Below, piece after piece: positions 42,187 to 52,617 of a DNA stretch of 64,000 bases. The notes below the pieces were generated by a model. The model worked only from the letters and a program-made list of their open reading frames with translations, did not search any database and was not told the DNA's origin. Within the stretch, counting starts at the first letter, position 1; each line of letters starts with the position of its first letter. The DNA is from an uncultured Acidobacteriota bacterium. Lineage in GTDB: Bacteria > Acidobacteriota > Thermoanaerobaculia > Gp7-AA8 > CAVUJZ01. The position numbers were made by a program, and so were the translations under genes. The stretch covers positions 15,769-79,768 of the forward strand of contig CAVUJZ010000027.1 in the NCBI GenBank assembly GCA_963741905.1. The letters run 5' to 3'.

Positions 42187-43307
42187 ATGGCCCAGGTAAC
42201 CCTGCATCAGCTCCTGAAAACAATGGTCGAGCGCGGCGGCTCGGACCTCCACATCACCACCAACTCGCCCCGCAGATCCGGGTGGACGGGGAGCTGGCCC
42301 CGCTGGACCTTCCTCCGCTCTCCGCTCCGGAGACCAAGCAGCTCGCCTACAGGGTCCTGACCGACGCTCAGAAGACACCGGTTCGAGGAGGACCTCGAGC
42401 TCGACATTTCGTTCGGAATCAAGGGGCTGGCGCGGTTCCGCAGCCAACATCTTCAACCAGCGCGGGGCGACCGCCGCCGTGTACCGCCAGATTCCCTACG
42501 AGATCCGGGCATTCCGCGAGCTCGGTCTGCCTACGGTGGTGGAAGAGATCTGTTCGAAGCCTCGCGGGCTGGTGCTGGTCACCGGCCCGACCGGATCGGG
42601 GAAATCGACCACCCTGGCCGCGATGATCGACAAGATCAATCGCGAGCGGCACGAGCACATCATCACCATCGAGGATCCGGTGGAGTTTCTCCACTCGCAC
42701 AAGTCCTGCGTGGTCAACCAGCGAGAGCTCCATGCGGATACGCATTCGTTCACCGCGGCGCTCAAAGCGGCTCTGCGGCGAGGATCCGGACGTGGTTCTG
42801 ATCGGAGAGATGCGCGATCTCGAGACGATCGAGTCCGCGCTGCGGATCGCGGAAACCGGCCACCTCACCTTCGGGACCCTGCACACCAATTCCGCGGCCC
42901 AGACCATCAACCGGGTCATGGACGTCTTCCCCGCGCACCAGCAACCGCAGATTCGGGCTCAGCTCTCGTTCGTTCTCGAGGGCATCCTCTGCCAGAGTCT
43001 GCTGCCCCGGGCGAACGGCAAGGGCCGGGTCATGGCGATGGAGATTCTGGTCCCCAACCCGGCGATCCGGAATCTGATCCGCGAGGACAAGATCCATCAG
43101 ATCTACAGCATGATGCAGACCGGGCAGTCGAAATACGGGATGCAGACGTTCAATCAGTCGCTGGCGACGCTCTACTTCAAGAAGCAGATCACGTTGCAGA
43201 CGGCGCTGAGCCGCTCGTCCAATCCCGATGAGCTTCAGGAGATGATCTCGCGCGGTGCAGGAACACTGGCCGGCGCCGGTCCCGGACCACGACCGAGAAG
43301 CGCCTGA
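42187..43307 (+). CDS. pilT: Twitching motility ATPase, broken by several frameshifts
   Basis: SDLHIT at the start; [45 protein letters not shown] spread over different frames. Confidence 0.9.
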
Positions 43308-43333
43308 GCCACAGCTGACGAAGGAGAGGAGCC

Positions 43334-44536
43334 ATGCCGAATTTCGAGTGGAAAGGGAGAGGTCGGGGAGGTCGGGACCAGTCGGGTGTGCTGGTGGCGG
43401 ATTCCAAGGAAGCCGCGATCGCCACGCTTCGGCGGCAGCAGATCGTTCCCACCATCGTCAAGGAGAAGGGGAAGGAAATCGCCTTTCCCAAGTTCGGCGG
43501 AAAGGTTCCGCCAAAGCTGGTGGCCATCTTTACACGTCAGTTTTCGGTCATGATCGATGCGGGACTTCCGCTGGTTCAGTGTCTCGAAATTCTGGCGAAC
43601 CAGCAGGACAACAAGGCCTTCCAGCGGGCCCTGGGGCAGGTGCGTCAGGACGTCGAGACCGGATCGAATCTCGCCGACTCGCTCCGCAAGCATCCCAAGA
43701 TCTTCAACGACCTCTATACCAACATGGTGGCCGCGGGTGAGGCCGGCGGTATTCTGGATACGATTCTGCAGCGGCTTGCCACCTACATCGAAAAATCGGT
43801 CAAGCTCAACGCTCAGGTCAAGTCTGCGATGATCTACCCCGTGGCGGTCATCTCCATTGCCGTGATCGTGGTGATCGTGATTCTCTGGAAGGTCATTCCG
43901 ACTTTCGCCTCCCTGTTCGCCAGCCTTGGGGCGCAGCTGCCGATGCCCACCCGGGTGGTCATCGCCATGTCCAATTTCATCGGTGACTACTGGTGGCTGA
44001 TGGCAATTCTGATCATCGGGCTGGTCGTGGCCATCAGGAAATATCACGGAACCTACAAGGGAAAGCGGGTCATCGACAACGTCCTGCTCAAGGGGCCGGT
44101 GCTCGGAATTCTGCTGAGGAAGATCGCCGTCGCGCGCTTTTGCCGTACGCTGTCGACGCTCACCGCGTCAGGTGTCCCGATTCTCGATGGATTGCAGATC
44201 ACCGCCCGCACCGCGGGTAATTCCATCGTCGAGGATGCCATCATGGCCACGCGAAAATCGGTGGAAGAAGGCAAGACCATCAGCGAGCCTCTCGGCGACA
44301 CCGGCGTCTTTCCGACCATGGTCGTGCAGATGATCGGGGTCGGAGAACAGACCGGTGCACTCGATGCGATGCTCTCGAAAATTGCCGACTTCTATGAAGA
44401 CGAGGTCGACACCGCGGTGGCTGGACTGATGAAGCTTCTCGAGCCCGTGCTGATCGCGTTTCTCGGTGTGGCCATCGGTTTCATCGTCATCGCCATGTAC
44501 ATGCCGATGTTCTCGCTGATCAGTCAGATCGGATAA
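43334..44536 (+). CDS. pilC: Type IV pilus platform protein (GspF family)
   Basis: FTRQFSVMIDAGLPL, AGEAGGILD, AMIYP, GEQTGALD, LLEP. Confidence 0.95.
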   Translation: MPNFEWKGRGRGGRDQSGVLVADSKEAAIATLRRQQIVPTIVKEKGKEIAFPKFGGKVPPKLVAIFTRQFSVMIDAGLPLVQCLEILANQQDNKAFQRALGQVRQDVETGSNLADSLRKHPKIFNDLYTNMVAAGEAGGILDTILQRLATYIEKSVKLNAQVKSAMIYPVAVISIAVIVVIVILWKVIPTFASLFASLGAQLPMPTRVVIAMSNFIGDYWWLMAILIIGLVVAIRKYHGTYKGKRVIDNVLLKGPVLGILLRKIAVARFCRTLSTLTASGVPILDGLQITARTAGNSIVEDAIMATRKSVEEGKTISEPLGDTGVFPTMVVQMIGVGEQTGALDAMLSKIADFYEDEVDTAVAGLMKLLEPVLIAFLGVAIGFIVIAMYMPMFSLISQIG

Positions 44537-44659
44537 CGACATTCCGCCGGGAGCTGTCCGCCGCAGGGCCGGCAGCTCCCGGGCGGATCCGGCTACGTCC
44601 CGCTGGGCACTCGCAGCATCAGGTGATCCGTCAGACTGACTTCCGCATCACCCACGCGC

Positions 44660-46330
44660 ATGGACGCTACATCCCGACCCGACGTCCGCATGCTGATCGC
44701 CGTCAGGGTGGTCGTGGTCACCTCTCTGCTGCTGACCGCTCTGATCATCCAGTTCGGGGCGGACATCGTCCTGCCGATCGACTACATCTACATGATCACG
44801 GGGCTGACCTACGCTCTGACCCTCATCTACATCGGTCTCGGACGGCTCATCCCCAGCCGCAATCTCAACATCTACATCCAGAGCCTCGGGGATCTGGTGG
44901 TCGAGACTCTGCTGGTCTACTTCACCGGCGGACTCGACTCCCCCTTCTCGTTTCTCTACCTGGTCTCGGTGATCACCGCCTCCATTCTGCTGTACCGGCG
45001 AGGCGGACTGATCATCGCCTCCGGTGCGGTGATCTTTTATGGCGCGCTGGCGGACCTGATGTACTACCAGGTGATTCCCCCCGCGCCGAGGACCCTGCTT
45101 TCGCCCGCCCCATGGACCTCTCTGCGGCTGTACCTGAATCTCGCCACGAACTTCGCAGGCTTCTACGCCACGGCGCTGCTCACCTCCTACGTCTCCGAAA
45201 AACTCCGCCAGACCTTCAAGGAGCTGGACGTCAACCGTCAGAACCTGGCGGAGTTGCGGGCGCTCAATGAGAACGTCATCGAATCGATCCCTTCCGGAGT
45301 GCTGACGCTCAGCTCCGAGGGTGCGGTGGCCTTCGCCAATCCCGCGGCGCGGGAGATCCTGCGTCATAGCAGCGAGCAGCTGGTGGGCTTTCATCTGACC
45401 GATCTGGGGATTTTCGAGCCGGAGGAGTGGCAACGGCTCCGCTCTCTGGTCCAGAACGAACGGATTGCGCGGGGAGAGCAATGGTTCCGGGGGAAGGACA
45501 GCGAGGAGCTCCGGAGCATCGGCTATGCACTGACTCCACTGAACACGCTCGAGGGGGAGCCGTTCGGACTGACGCTGATCTTTCAGGATCTGACCGACAT
45601 GAAGCGACTCGAGCGCCAGCTCCGGATGAAGGACAGGATGGCCGCGGTGGGTGAGCTCTCCGCCGGCATCGCCCATGAAATCCGAAATCCTCTCGCCGCA
45701 ATCTCCGGATCGGTGCAGGTCCTCCGGAAGTCGCAGAATCTGCAACCGCACGAACAGCGGCTGATGTCGATCATTCTGAAGGAGTCCGACCGGCTCAACC
45801 AGTCGATTGCCGATTTTCTCCGGTTCGTGAAACCACAGGAGCGCTCGCCCGCTTCGTTCGACGTGGCTGGGAGTCTCGGTGAGACGCTCGAGCTTCTGGT
45901 CAACTCGCCGGAAGTGGGGGAGGACCATCGAATCGAGCAGGAAATCGAGCCCTCGTCGTTCAGCATCATCGGCGATCCGAACCAGATCCGTCAGGTGTTC
46001 TGGAACGTGGCGAAGAATGCCCTCCAGGCGATGGCGGGTGGGGGAACACTCCGGGTCACGGCCGGTCCGGACGAGGGCAACTACACCATCCTCTTCGCCG
46101 ACGAGGGCCGGGGCATGAACGAGGCGGATCAGAGACGCCTGTTTCAGCCGTTCCGGACCAACGTGCCCAGCGGCACCGGCCTGGGTATGGCCATCTCCTA
46201 TCGCATCATTCAGGAGCATCAGGGCTCGATCGCCGTCGATTCGATTCCGGGAAGAGGAACGATGGTGGCGGTCTCTCTGCCCATCGCGGGCACGGTGGAG
46301 GAGCCGAGCCCGGACCTTCCGGTGCGCTGA
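44660..46330 (+). CDS. pilS: PilS-like PAS sensor histidine kinase
   Basis: TGGLDSPF TM region, AHEIRNPL, GTGLG; follows pilC. Confidence 0.85.
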   Translation: MDATSRPDVRMLIAVRVVVVTSLLLTALIIQFGADIVLPIDYIYMITGLTYALTLIYIGLGRLIPSRNLNIYIQSLGDLVVETLLVYFTGGLDSPFSFLYLVSVITASILLYRRGGLIIASGAVIFYGALADLMYYQVIPPAPRTLLSPAPWTSLRLYLNLATNFAGFYATALLTSYVSEKLRQTFKELDVNRQNLAELRALNENVIESIPSGVLTLSSEGAVAFANPAAREILRHSSEQLVGFHLTDLGIFEPEEWQRLRSLVQNERIARGEQWFRGKDSEELRSIGYALTPLNTLEGEPFGLTLIFQDLTDMKRLERQLRMKDRMAAVGELSAGIAHEIRNPLAAISGSVQVLRKSQNLQPHEQRLMSIILKESDRLNQSIADFLRFVKPQERSPASFDVAGSLGETLELLVNSPEVGEDHRIEQEIEPSSFSIIGDPNQIRQVFWNVAKNALQAMAGGGTLRVTAGPDEGNYTILFADEGRGMNEADQRRLFQPFRTNVPSGTGLGMAISYRIIQEHQGSIAVDSIPGRGTMVAVSLPIAGTVEEPSPDLPVR

Positions 46331-46357
46331 TGTGACCCGCGAGCCCGGAAAGCCGGG

Positions 46358-47377
46358 CTAGAAGAGCTTCGGCTGGCCCGCGCCGCCGGTGCGGTACCCG
46401 AGATGGTCGTAGGCGGCCTTGGATGCCAGCCGTCCTCGCGGACCGCGGTGGAGAAAACCGATCTGAATCAGGTACGGCTCGTAGAGGTCTTCGAGCGTTC
46501 CGCGGTCCTCGCCGACCGAGGAGGCGAGGGCGTTGATGCCGACCGGGCCTCCGCTGAATCGCTCGATGATCGTCCCCAGCAGCTTCCGGTCGATCTCGTC
46601 CAGACCATAGTCGTCGACTTCGAGCAACTCGAGAGCGCCCTTTGCGACCTCCACGTTGATCTTCCCGTCGTGTTTGACCTCGGCGAAATCGCGGACCCGT
46701 CGGAGCAGCCGGTTCGCGATCCGGGGAGTTCCCCGCGAGCGGCGGGCGATTTCCGTCGCCCCGTCCGGTGTGATCGGAATCTCCAGGATCTCGGCGGAGC
46801 GCTCCACGATGATCGTCAGCGATTCGACGTCGTAGAAGGCGAGGCGGTGGACGATGCCGAAACGGGCGCGGAGAGGCGCCGTGATCAGACCGGCCCGGGT
46901 GGTCGCCCCGACCAGGGTGAACCTCGGCAGCTCGATCTTCACCGTCCGCGCCGCGGGACCCTGGCCGATGATGATGTCGAGGTGAAAGTCCTCCATCGCG
47001 GAGTAAAGCATCTCCTCGACCTGAGGCTGGAGACGATGAATCTCGTCGATGAAGAAAACGTCCCCCTCCTCCAGGTTGGTGAGGATCGCGGCCAGGTCGC
47101 CCGATTTCTCCACCACCGGACCGGACGTGACCTTGATCCGCGCTCCCATCTCGTTGGCGATGATGTTCGCCAGGGTGGTCTTGCCCAGGCCGGGTGGGCC
47201 GAACAGGAGGACGTGGTCCAGGCTCTCTCCCCGCTTCCGGGCAGCCTCCAGCGAGATGTCCAGATTCTCCTTGACCTTCGGCTGGCCGATGTACTCCCGG
47301 AGGAGCTTCGGCCGGAGCGACAGCTCGACTTTCAGATCCTCTTCGTCGAGCGCACCGGAGAGAAGGCGGTCGGTCAT
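46358..47377 (-). CDS. ruvB: Holliday junction branch migration helicase
   Basis: [40 protein letters not shown]. Confidence 0.98.
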   Translation of the reverse strand: MTDRLLSGALDEEDLKVELSLRPKLLREYIGQPKVKENLDISLEAARKRGESLDHVLLFGPPGLGKTTLANIIANEMGARIKVTSGPVVEKSGDLAAILTNLEEGDVFFIDEIHRLQPQVEEMLYSAMEDFHLDIIIGQGPAARTVKIELPRFTLVGATTRAGLITAPLRARFGIVHRLAFYDVESLTIIVERSAEILEIPITPDGATEIARRSRGTPRIANRLLRRVRDFAEVKHDGKINVEVAKGALELLEVDDYGLDEIDRKLLGTIIERFSGGPVGINALASSVGEDRGTLEDLYEPYLIQIGFLHRGPRGRLASKAAYDHLGYRTGGAGQPKLF

Positions 47378-47482
47378 TCGCGGTCTATTCTAAGACAGTG
47401 AGCAGTGCGAAGGAGAGAGGTCGGGACTCGGAGGTGAGCGGCAGAAGGCGAGAAGCGCCTCCGTGTTTCAGTCCCCCCGGGC

Positions 47483-48322
47483 CTATCCCCGTTTCCCCCA
47501 GCTCTTGGAGAACCCGGTGATGATGTAGGTTCCCGACTTCAGGTCCCGCTTGATTTTGATGATCCCTTTTTCCTGGGCATCTTCCAGCAGGTCGCTGAAG
47601 GTGGAGTAGCCGTAGTACTCCTCGTTGAAGCTGGGCTTCTTTCGCTGCATGGTCTGTTTGATCATCGAGCCCCAGAGGATCTCTTTGTTCTCGCGCATCA
47701 GGGCCTTGATCGAATCGATCAGCAGGTTGAAGCACTCGGCTTCCTTGTTGTCCTTGGCCGCCACGGCGGGGCCCATCTGCATGCCGCGGACGAGATCCTC
47801 GTAGAAGATGAACTCATCGCAGTTCTTGGTCAGCAGGTCCGAGGTGGAGTTCTTCACCCCGATCCCGATGACGTGTTTGTCGTTCTCCTTGAGCTTGGAG
47901 ACGAGGGGAGAAAAGTCGGAGTCGCCCGAGGCGATCACGAACAGGTCGATGTGCTCCTTCGACCATGCCATGTCCATGGCATCCACCGCCATCCGGATGT
48001 CCGCGGAGTTCTTCCCCGAGTAGGCGCGTGCGGGGATCTCGATCATCTCGATGGCCGCCTCGTGGAGCTCCCGCTTGTACTCGGTGAACTTGTCCCAGTC
48101 GGAGTAGGCCTTCTTGACCACGATCTTGCCCTTCTCGAGCAGCCGCTCGAGAACGAGATCCACCTGAAACTTCTTGTACTTTGCGTCCCGAACTCCGAGA
48201 GCGATGTTCTCGAAGTCGATGAAGAGTGCGATCTTTCTGTCTGTTTCCATTCGATTGGGAGGAGATGGCGAGCTGTCGTCATCCTCCTCGTATTCCTTCT
48301 TCGTTCGTCGTCGTGTCGCCAT
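47483..48322 (-). CDS. NYN domain + OST-HTH/LOTUS protein
   Basis: ALFIDFEN, GKNSADI, ASGDSDF, CDEFIFY, PSFNEEYYGYSTFSDLL. Confidence 0.92.
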   Translation of the reverse strand: MATRRRTKKEYEEDDDSSPSPPNRMETDRKIALFIDFENIALGVRDAKYKKFQVDLVLERLLEKGKIVVKKAYSDWDKFTEYKRELHEAAIEMIEIPARAYSGKNSADIRMAVDAMDMAWSKEHIDLFVIASGDSDFSPLVSKLKENDKHVIGIGVKNSTSDLLTKNCDEFIFYEDLVRGMQMGPAVAAKDNKEAECFNLLIDSIKALMRENKEILWGSMIKQTMQRKKPSFNEEYYGYSTFSDLLEDAQEKGIIKIKRDLKSGTYIITGFSKSWGKRG

Positions 48323-48460
48323 AGTTGATCTGGTTCCCTGTGTTCGGAAGTGTATCCTGAATCGGCGGTCGGTGGGCCATCGGCTGCCGTTCAGCCCCGG
48401 GACCGGGGCCGGGCGCCGCAGGTTTGCATTCCGACCTCTGCAATCTACAATCCGCCGCGG

Positions 48461-49441
48461 ATGAAACGATATCTCGAGCTCGCCCGCCCTTTTACCCTGC
48501 TGCCCCCGCTGCTCGGAATCATTTCCGGAGCGGTCTGCGCGTGGGGCTCGGTGCACAACCCCGACCCCTCCCGCGCCGTGACTCTTCCGGTCCTGTTCAC
48601 CGTCATCCTGGGTTCGGCCTGCGCCGCGTTCCTCAACGCCGCGAACAACTCCATCAACCAGATCTACGATCTCGAGATCGACCGGATCAACAAACCGAAC
48701 CGGCCCCTGGTCACCGGAGCCATCTCGATGCGTCGCGGCTGGCTGTTTACCTGGGCCTGCTACGCAGTCGGGCTGATCCCCACCTGGCTGGTCGTCGTCT
48801 ACCCCTACAACACAATTGCGCAGAAATTCTTCGCGCCCCTCAGCCATCACCAGAGTTTTTTCATCTATCTCGTCGCATTCGTCTCCACCTGGGTCTACTC
48901 GGCCCCCGCGCTGGGGCGCACCAAAGCGCGCGGAATCTGGGCGAATCTCACCATCTCCATCCCCCGAGGCTGGCTGCTGAAGGTCGCCGGATGGTCCATG
49001 GTCGCGCACATCTTCTTCCTCGAGCCGTGGTACATCGGATCGATCTTCTTCCTCTTCCTTCTCGGAGCCGCCTCGACCAAGGACTTCTCCGACATCGAGG
49101 GCGATCGGGCCGGAGGTTGCCGGACCCTCCCCATCGAATACGGCGTGACCAAAGCCGCATGGATGATCGCTCCCTTTTTCGTTCTTCCCTGGCTCCTGAT
49201 TCCCATCGGTGCCTTCGTCCGTGACCCCTTCTCCACCTCGATCCACCCGATCCTCACCGGCAATCCATGGCTGCTCACCATCCTTGGAATCGTCCTGGTG
49301 ATCTGGGGGGCCTACACCGTCTGGCTGATCCTGCGGAATCCCGATGACCTGGCGCGGGTCGAAAACCACCCCTCCTGGAGCCACATGTACATGATGATGA
49401 TGGCTGCGCAGATCGGCTTCGCCCTCGCGTACGTGTTTTAA
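48461..49441 (+). CDS. UbiA-family prenyltransferase
   Basis: NQIYDLEIDRINKPNRPL, YSAP, KDFSDIEGD. Confidence 0.9.
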   Translation: MKRYLELARPFTLLPPLLGIISGAVCAWGSVHNPDPSRAVTLPVLFTVILGSACAAFLNAANNSINQIYDLEIDRINKPNRPLVTGAISMRRGWLFTWACYAVGLIPTWLVVVYPYNTIAQKFFAPLSHHQSFFIYLVAFVSTWVYSAPALGRTKARGIWANLTISIPRGWLLKVAGWSMVAHIFFLEPWYIGSIFFLFLLGAASTKDFSDIEGDRAGGCRTLPIEYGVTKAAWMIAPFFVLPWLLIPIGAFVRDPFSTSIHPILTGNPWLLTILGIVLVIWGAYTVWLILRNPDDLARVENHPSWSHMYMMMMAAQIGFALAYVF

Positions 49442-49480
49442 AGACCAGGGTCCGGGGTCAGGGGCGAGAAATTGGGGCTA

Positions 49481-50510
49481 TCAATACTCTCCGCTGGCTC
49501 CGGCGCCTCCGAACTCGCCTCCTCCGGGGTTCTGTGCAGTGGATGCCTGAGGCGTGATGCCCGCCACCGCGGCGAGCTCGAGCAGTTGGAGCCCCTCCTC
49601 CTGGTGCAGCCGCGTGGAGGTCAGTCCTCGTTCCCGGCCTCGAAGCCGTCTCTCCGCCAGAGCGGCGAAACCCAGGATCCCGATCCCGGACAGGGTCAGC
49701 CCGATCCATGGTTCGACCGACAGTCGTTCTCCGATGTCGCTCGCCACCGGGACCATGGCGACCAGCGCACCGAGCAGGGGCGGATGGAGTCGCGATCGCA
49801 GTCCCTGCGGCGATCATCAGCGCGATCACGAGCAGAATGCCGGCGAGCTGGCTGGGCTCTGCCGGACCCGGGGCGTCGTTGAAAAAAAGCCAGGAGATCA
49901 GGGGCATGCCGAGGACCAGAATCGTCAGCAGTTGATCGTAGAGCGGCCGCCGGATCGTTCGCCGAAGCAGAAGCGTACAGAGAACCGCGATGGCCAGAGA
50001 GCTCCAGCCGGCGGCAGCTTCCGTCACTCGCTCCGCAACGTAGATCGTTCCAAACAGGGGCACCAGCGCAAGGAACAGAGGGTTCCTCACGCGCCAGCCG
50101 GCGATCAGCGATGCCAGGGCGAACAGCAGGATTCCTTCCGGCTGACCCGTGTGGGGGAGGTCGAAGATCAACGCGACGAGACCGCCGAGGTAAAGGGCCT
50201 CCTCCACTCCGGTGTGAAGGAACCGCCCTCGAAGGATCAGGAGCTCAGCGAGTGCGACGCAGAGAACCGCCGTGACGATGCCGAAACTGTCGAACATCGT
50301 GTCGAGCAGGGCCGCCAGGGCGAGGACGCACAGGGTGGTGAGTGCGAAAAACGCCGCGCGGGACCAGATGGTGCCGATCCTGATGTCGGCCACCGCGGCG
50401 ACCCGCGTGCGGATCGGGCCATCATCGGCCAGCAGTCCGGCGGATTTCCATCCCTTCGCCTTCCAGGCGAGTGCCAGCCACCGCTCCTGTTCGATCGAGA
50501 TCCGTCTCAC
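49481..50510 (-). CDS. Membrane protein partner of the DUF2157 gene, frameshift near 49780
   Basis: TM-rich with TGVEEAL; the C-terminus GGGEFGGAGASGEY is in another frame. Confidence 0.7.
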
Positions 50511-51463
50511 CAGTCACGCCCCCAGCGTCGGTGCAGCAGAAACAGCCCGATGATCACCATCGGCGTGCTGACCAGGAGGTAGACGAGAATGGGAATCTCG
50601 TCGTTCATCTCCCGCACCACCACCGAATCGAACCCGATCACCGCGAAGATGACTCCGTAGAGCACGAAGAGCTCTCTCCGTGTCCGGATCCCTCCGACGA
50701 TCGAGATCGTGGCGAACACCAGAAGAATCAGGGCTCCGACGAGCTCCATCTCTTCATTGAAGACCCACACCAGCGCACCGATCATCGCGAGGTTGGCGAC
50801 GAAGTGATCGAAGATCTCCCCGAATCCGGTTCGGGAGTCCTCGGGGTCGGCCCCCCGGAACGCAAACCCATGAGCGAGCCGCCAGACGGCGACGGCCGCG
50901 CCCGCCAGCAGCAGCCGGGAACCGGCCTCGATCGCTCCCTCCGAGAGGAACTTCCCTTCCCGGTCCACTCCGATCCAGCCGGCGAGGGAGGTGATCGCCA
51001 GGGAGAGCACCACTCGCGATCCGAACAGATAGGCCGTCGCTCCATGAAACACCGCCAGGATCAGCAGATGCCGCTCCCACTCATCGCCGAACCAGTGGTA
51101 CACCCCCTCGGCGTACCCCAGGTCCACGCTGAGCAGCAGGGCGCCGAGCAGCAGGAGATATTCGTGCGAAGGGTGAAGCCTGTCGGATCGGCTCCGGCCG
51201 ATGAACGCCCAGAGGTAACAGCCGGCCGCGGCGAACGCGATGATGCCGATGATGGTTCCATGGCCCAGGCGGTCGAGGTTGTCCTTGAGGTAAAGACCCA
51301 CCCCGGCGACGATCAGCGCCACGCCGGCGTAGAGCAGCGTCCGGAGCTCGCCATAGAGGGAGAAGATCGCCCGGCGTTCAATGGCCACCAGGCGAGCGTG
51401 AGCAGCCGGATCGATGGCGGACTCGTCGCGCAGGACATCCAGCTCCGGTTCGAACGAGATCAC
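50507..51463 (-). CDS. DUF2157-like membrane protein
   Basis: FSLYGELRTLLYAGV motif, multiple TM helices. Confidence 0.8.
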   Translation of the reverse strand: MISFEPELDVLRDESAIDPAAHARLVAIERRAIFSLYGELRTLLYAGVALIVAGVGLYLKDNLDRLGHGTIIGIIAFAAAGCYLWAFIGRSRSDRLHPSHEYLLLLGALLLSVDLGYAEGVYHWFGDEWERHLLILAVFHGATAYLFGSRVVLSLAITSLAGWIGVDREGKFLSEGAIEAGSRLLLAGAAVAVWRLAHGFAFRGADPEDSRTGFGEIFDHFVANLAMIGALVWVFNEEMELVGALILLVFATISIVGGIRTRRELFVLYGVIFAVIGFDSVVVREMNDEIPILVYLLVSTPMVIIGLFLLHRRWGRDW

Positions 51464-51570
51464 ACCGGAGATTGTAGGCCGAAACGATCAAAAGCATCCC
51501 CCCCGTGGGAACGGTCGAGACGACACGCACCACAATGGTTCCTTTCGCGGCGTTCGCGTTCTCGACCCCG

Positions 51571-51893
51571 CCGCTCGACATGACAATGGCCGGCGCGTCC
51601 AGAAGACTTGGGATGCATCGCGACAGCCGTGTGTGGCGGATCAATCGAGCGAAGCCGCTGATTCCCTCGCCGAAACGACTCGCCATTGTCGTCCCGAGCG
51701 GGAGGGCGGAAGGGCAGGCGAGGGACCTCCCCCGATGCGACAAGGATCGTTCTGCTGAACACCCTCCCCACACGACGCTTCTTCGCCTGGACAGTCCATT
51801 TCGCATCGACAGAGATGTCTCGCATGCCCCACCGCCTGACGAAGACAGGATCCTTCGCGACCCACGACCCATGCACAGCCTCTCAGGATGACA
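51571..51893 (+). repeat. Diverged single copy of the 270-bp array unit
   Basis: Shares CGACATGACAATGGCCGG, TGATTCCCTCGCCGAA, GTCGTCCCGAGCGGGAGGGCGG, CAGAGATGTCTC. Confidence 0.85.
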
Positions 51894-52021
51894 TGGTGGA
51901 AGGTTTCGCGGCTTCGACCCCGGTGTGCTCGGTTCAGGGCCGGGGATCGCCGGGCCTTCGAAGATGCCTGCTTCCGGATGACCGTCTGCGGAAAAGGGCG
52001 CGCTGATCTCCCGCGGGCCCA

Positions 52022-52290
52022 TTTTCCACACCCCGGGCAGGCTCATCCGCAGAGCTGACCTCCCGGGCGGACATCCCTTCGTGAGGTCTGTAAACTTTTT
52101 GCGGAAAACCGGCGGAAAAACTGCGCAGAATCGGATTCCGAAAAGGGGTTGAAAACAGCTCGGAAAACCTGTGGACGAAACCGTGGAAAACCTGCATAAA
52201 ACCGCCATTTCAGCTGTTGAAAAGGCTGTGGAAAAGCTGTCGAGAATCGGTGGATAACCGGTGGAGAAGCTGAGGAAAGGCTGTGGACGC
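52022..52290. promoter_or_regulatory. Cluster of DnaA-box-like 9-mers upstream of nrdJ
   Basis: TTTTCCACA, TGTGGAAAA, GGTGGATAA, CGTGGAAAA, TGTTGAAAA, TGTGGACGA and others, closely spaced. Confidence 0.6.
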
Positions 52291-52313
52291 TAAGTTCAAT
52301 CTTCTCAGAGGTT

Positions 52314-52360
52314 ACGCATGATGTAGTAGCAGAGGCGGACTCAGCCACAATATCTTGTGG
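52314..52360. promoter_or_regulatory. Tandem NrdR boxes
   Basis: CCACAATATCTTGTGG (52345-52360) and a weaker ACGCATGATGTAGTAG 31 bp upstream. Confidence 0.75.
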
Positions 52361-52367
52361 TCGACCC

Positions 52368-52396
52368 TTGACATCCTCCCGGCCGGAGTCTATAAA
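52368..52396 (+). promoter_or_regulatory. Sigma70 promoter of nrdJ
   Basis: TTGACA, 17 bp spacer, TATAAA. Confidence 0.8.
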
Positions 52397-52617
52397 CAGA
52401 AGCTGTTCACAACCAACACAGTTCTGAAATTGTATTGCGGGAGGGATCATGAAGGCTGTCAAGGGCCAATCACGTCTGGTCGTTCGTTCTCCGGAGCGCA
52501 GTGTCTCTCTTCATGTGGGTGACTGCAAGGTGACGATCAAGGTCAGGACGCCGCTGCCACAGACCCGTCCGCAGGCGATGCTGCGTTGGCATCAGTGAGA
52601 GAGGGGGAGCCGCACCA

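Noticed and set aside
44660-46330. pilS without an adjacent pilR as a novelty
   Set aside because: The regulator may simply lie elsewhere in the genome; nothing in the window supports more.
52400-52617. Cobalamin riboswitch in the nrdJ leader
   Set aside because: No B12-box-like motifs recognised; regulation is explained by the NrdR and DnaA-like sites.
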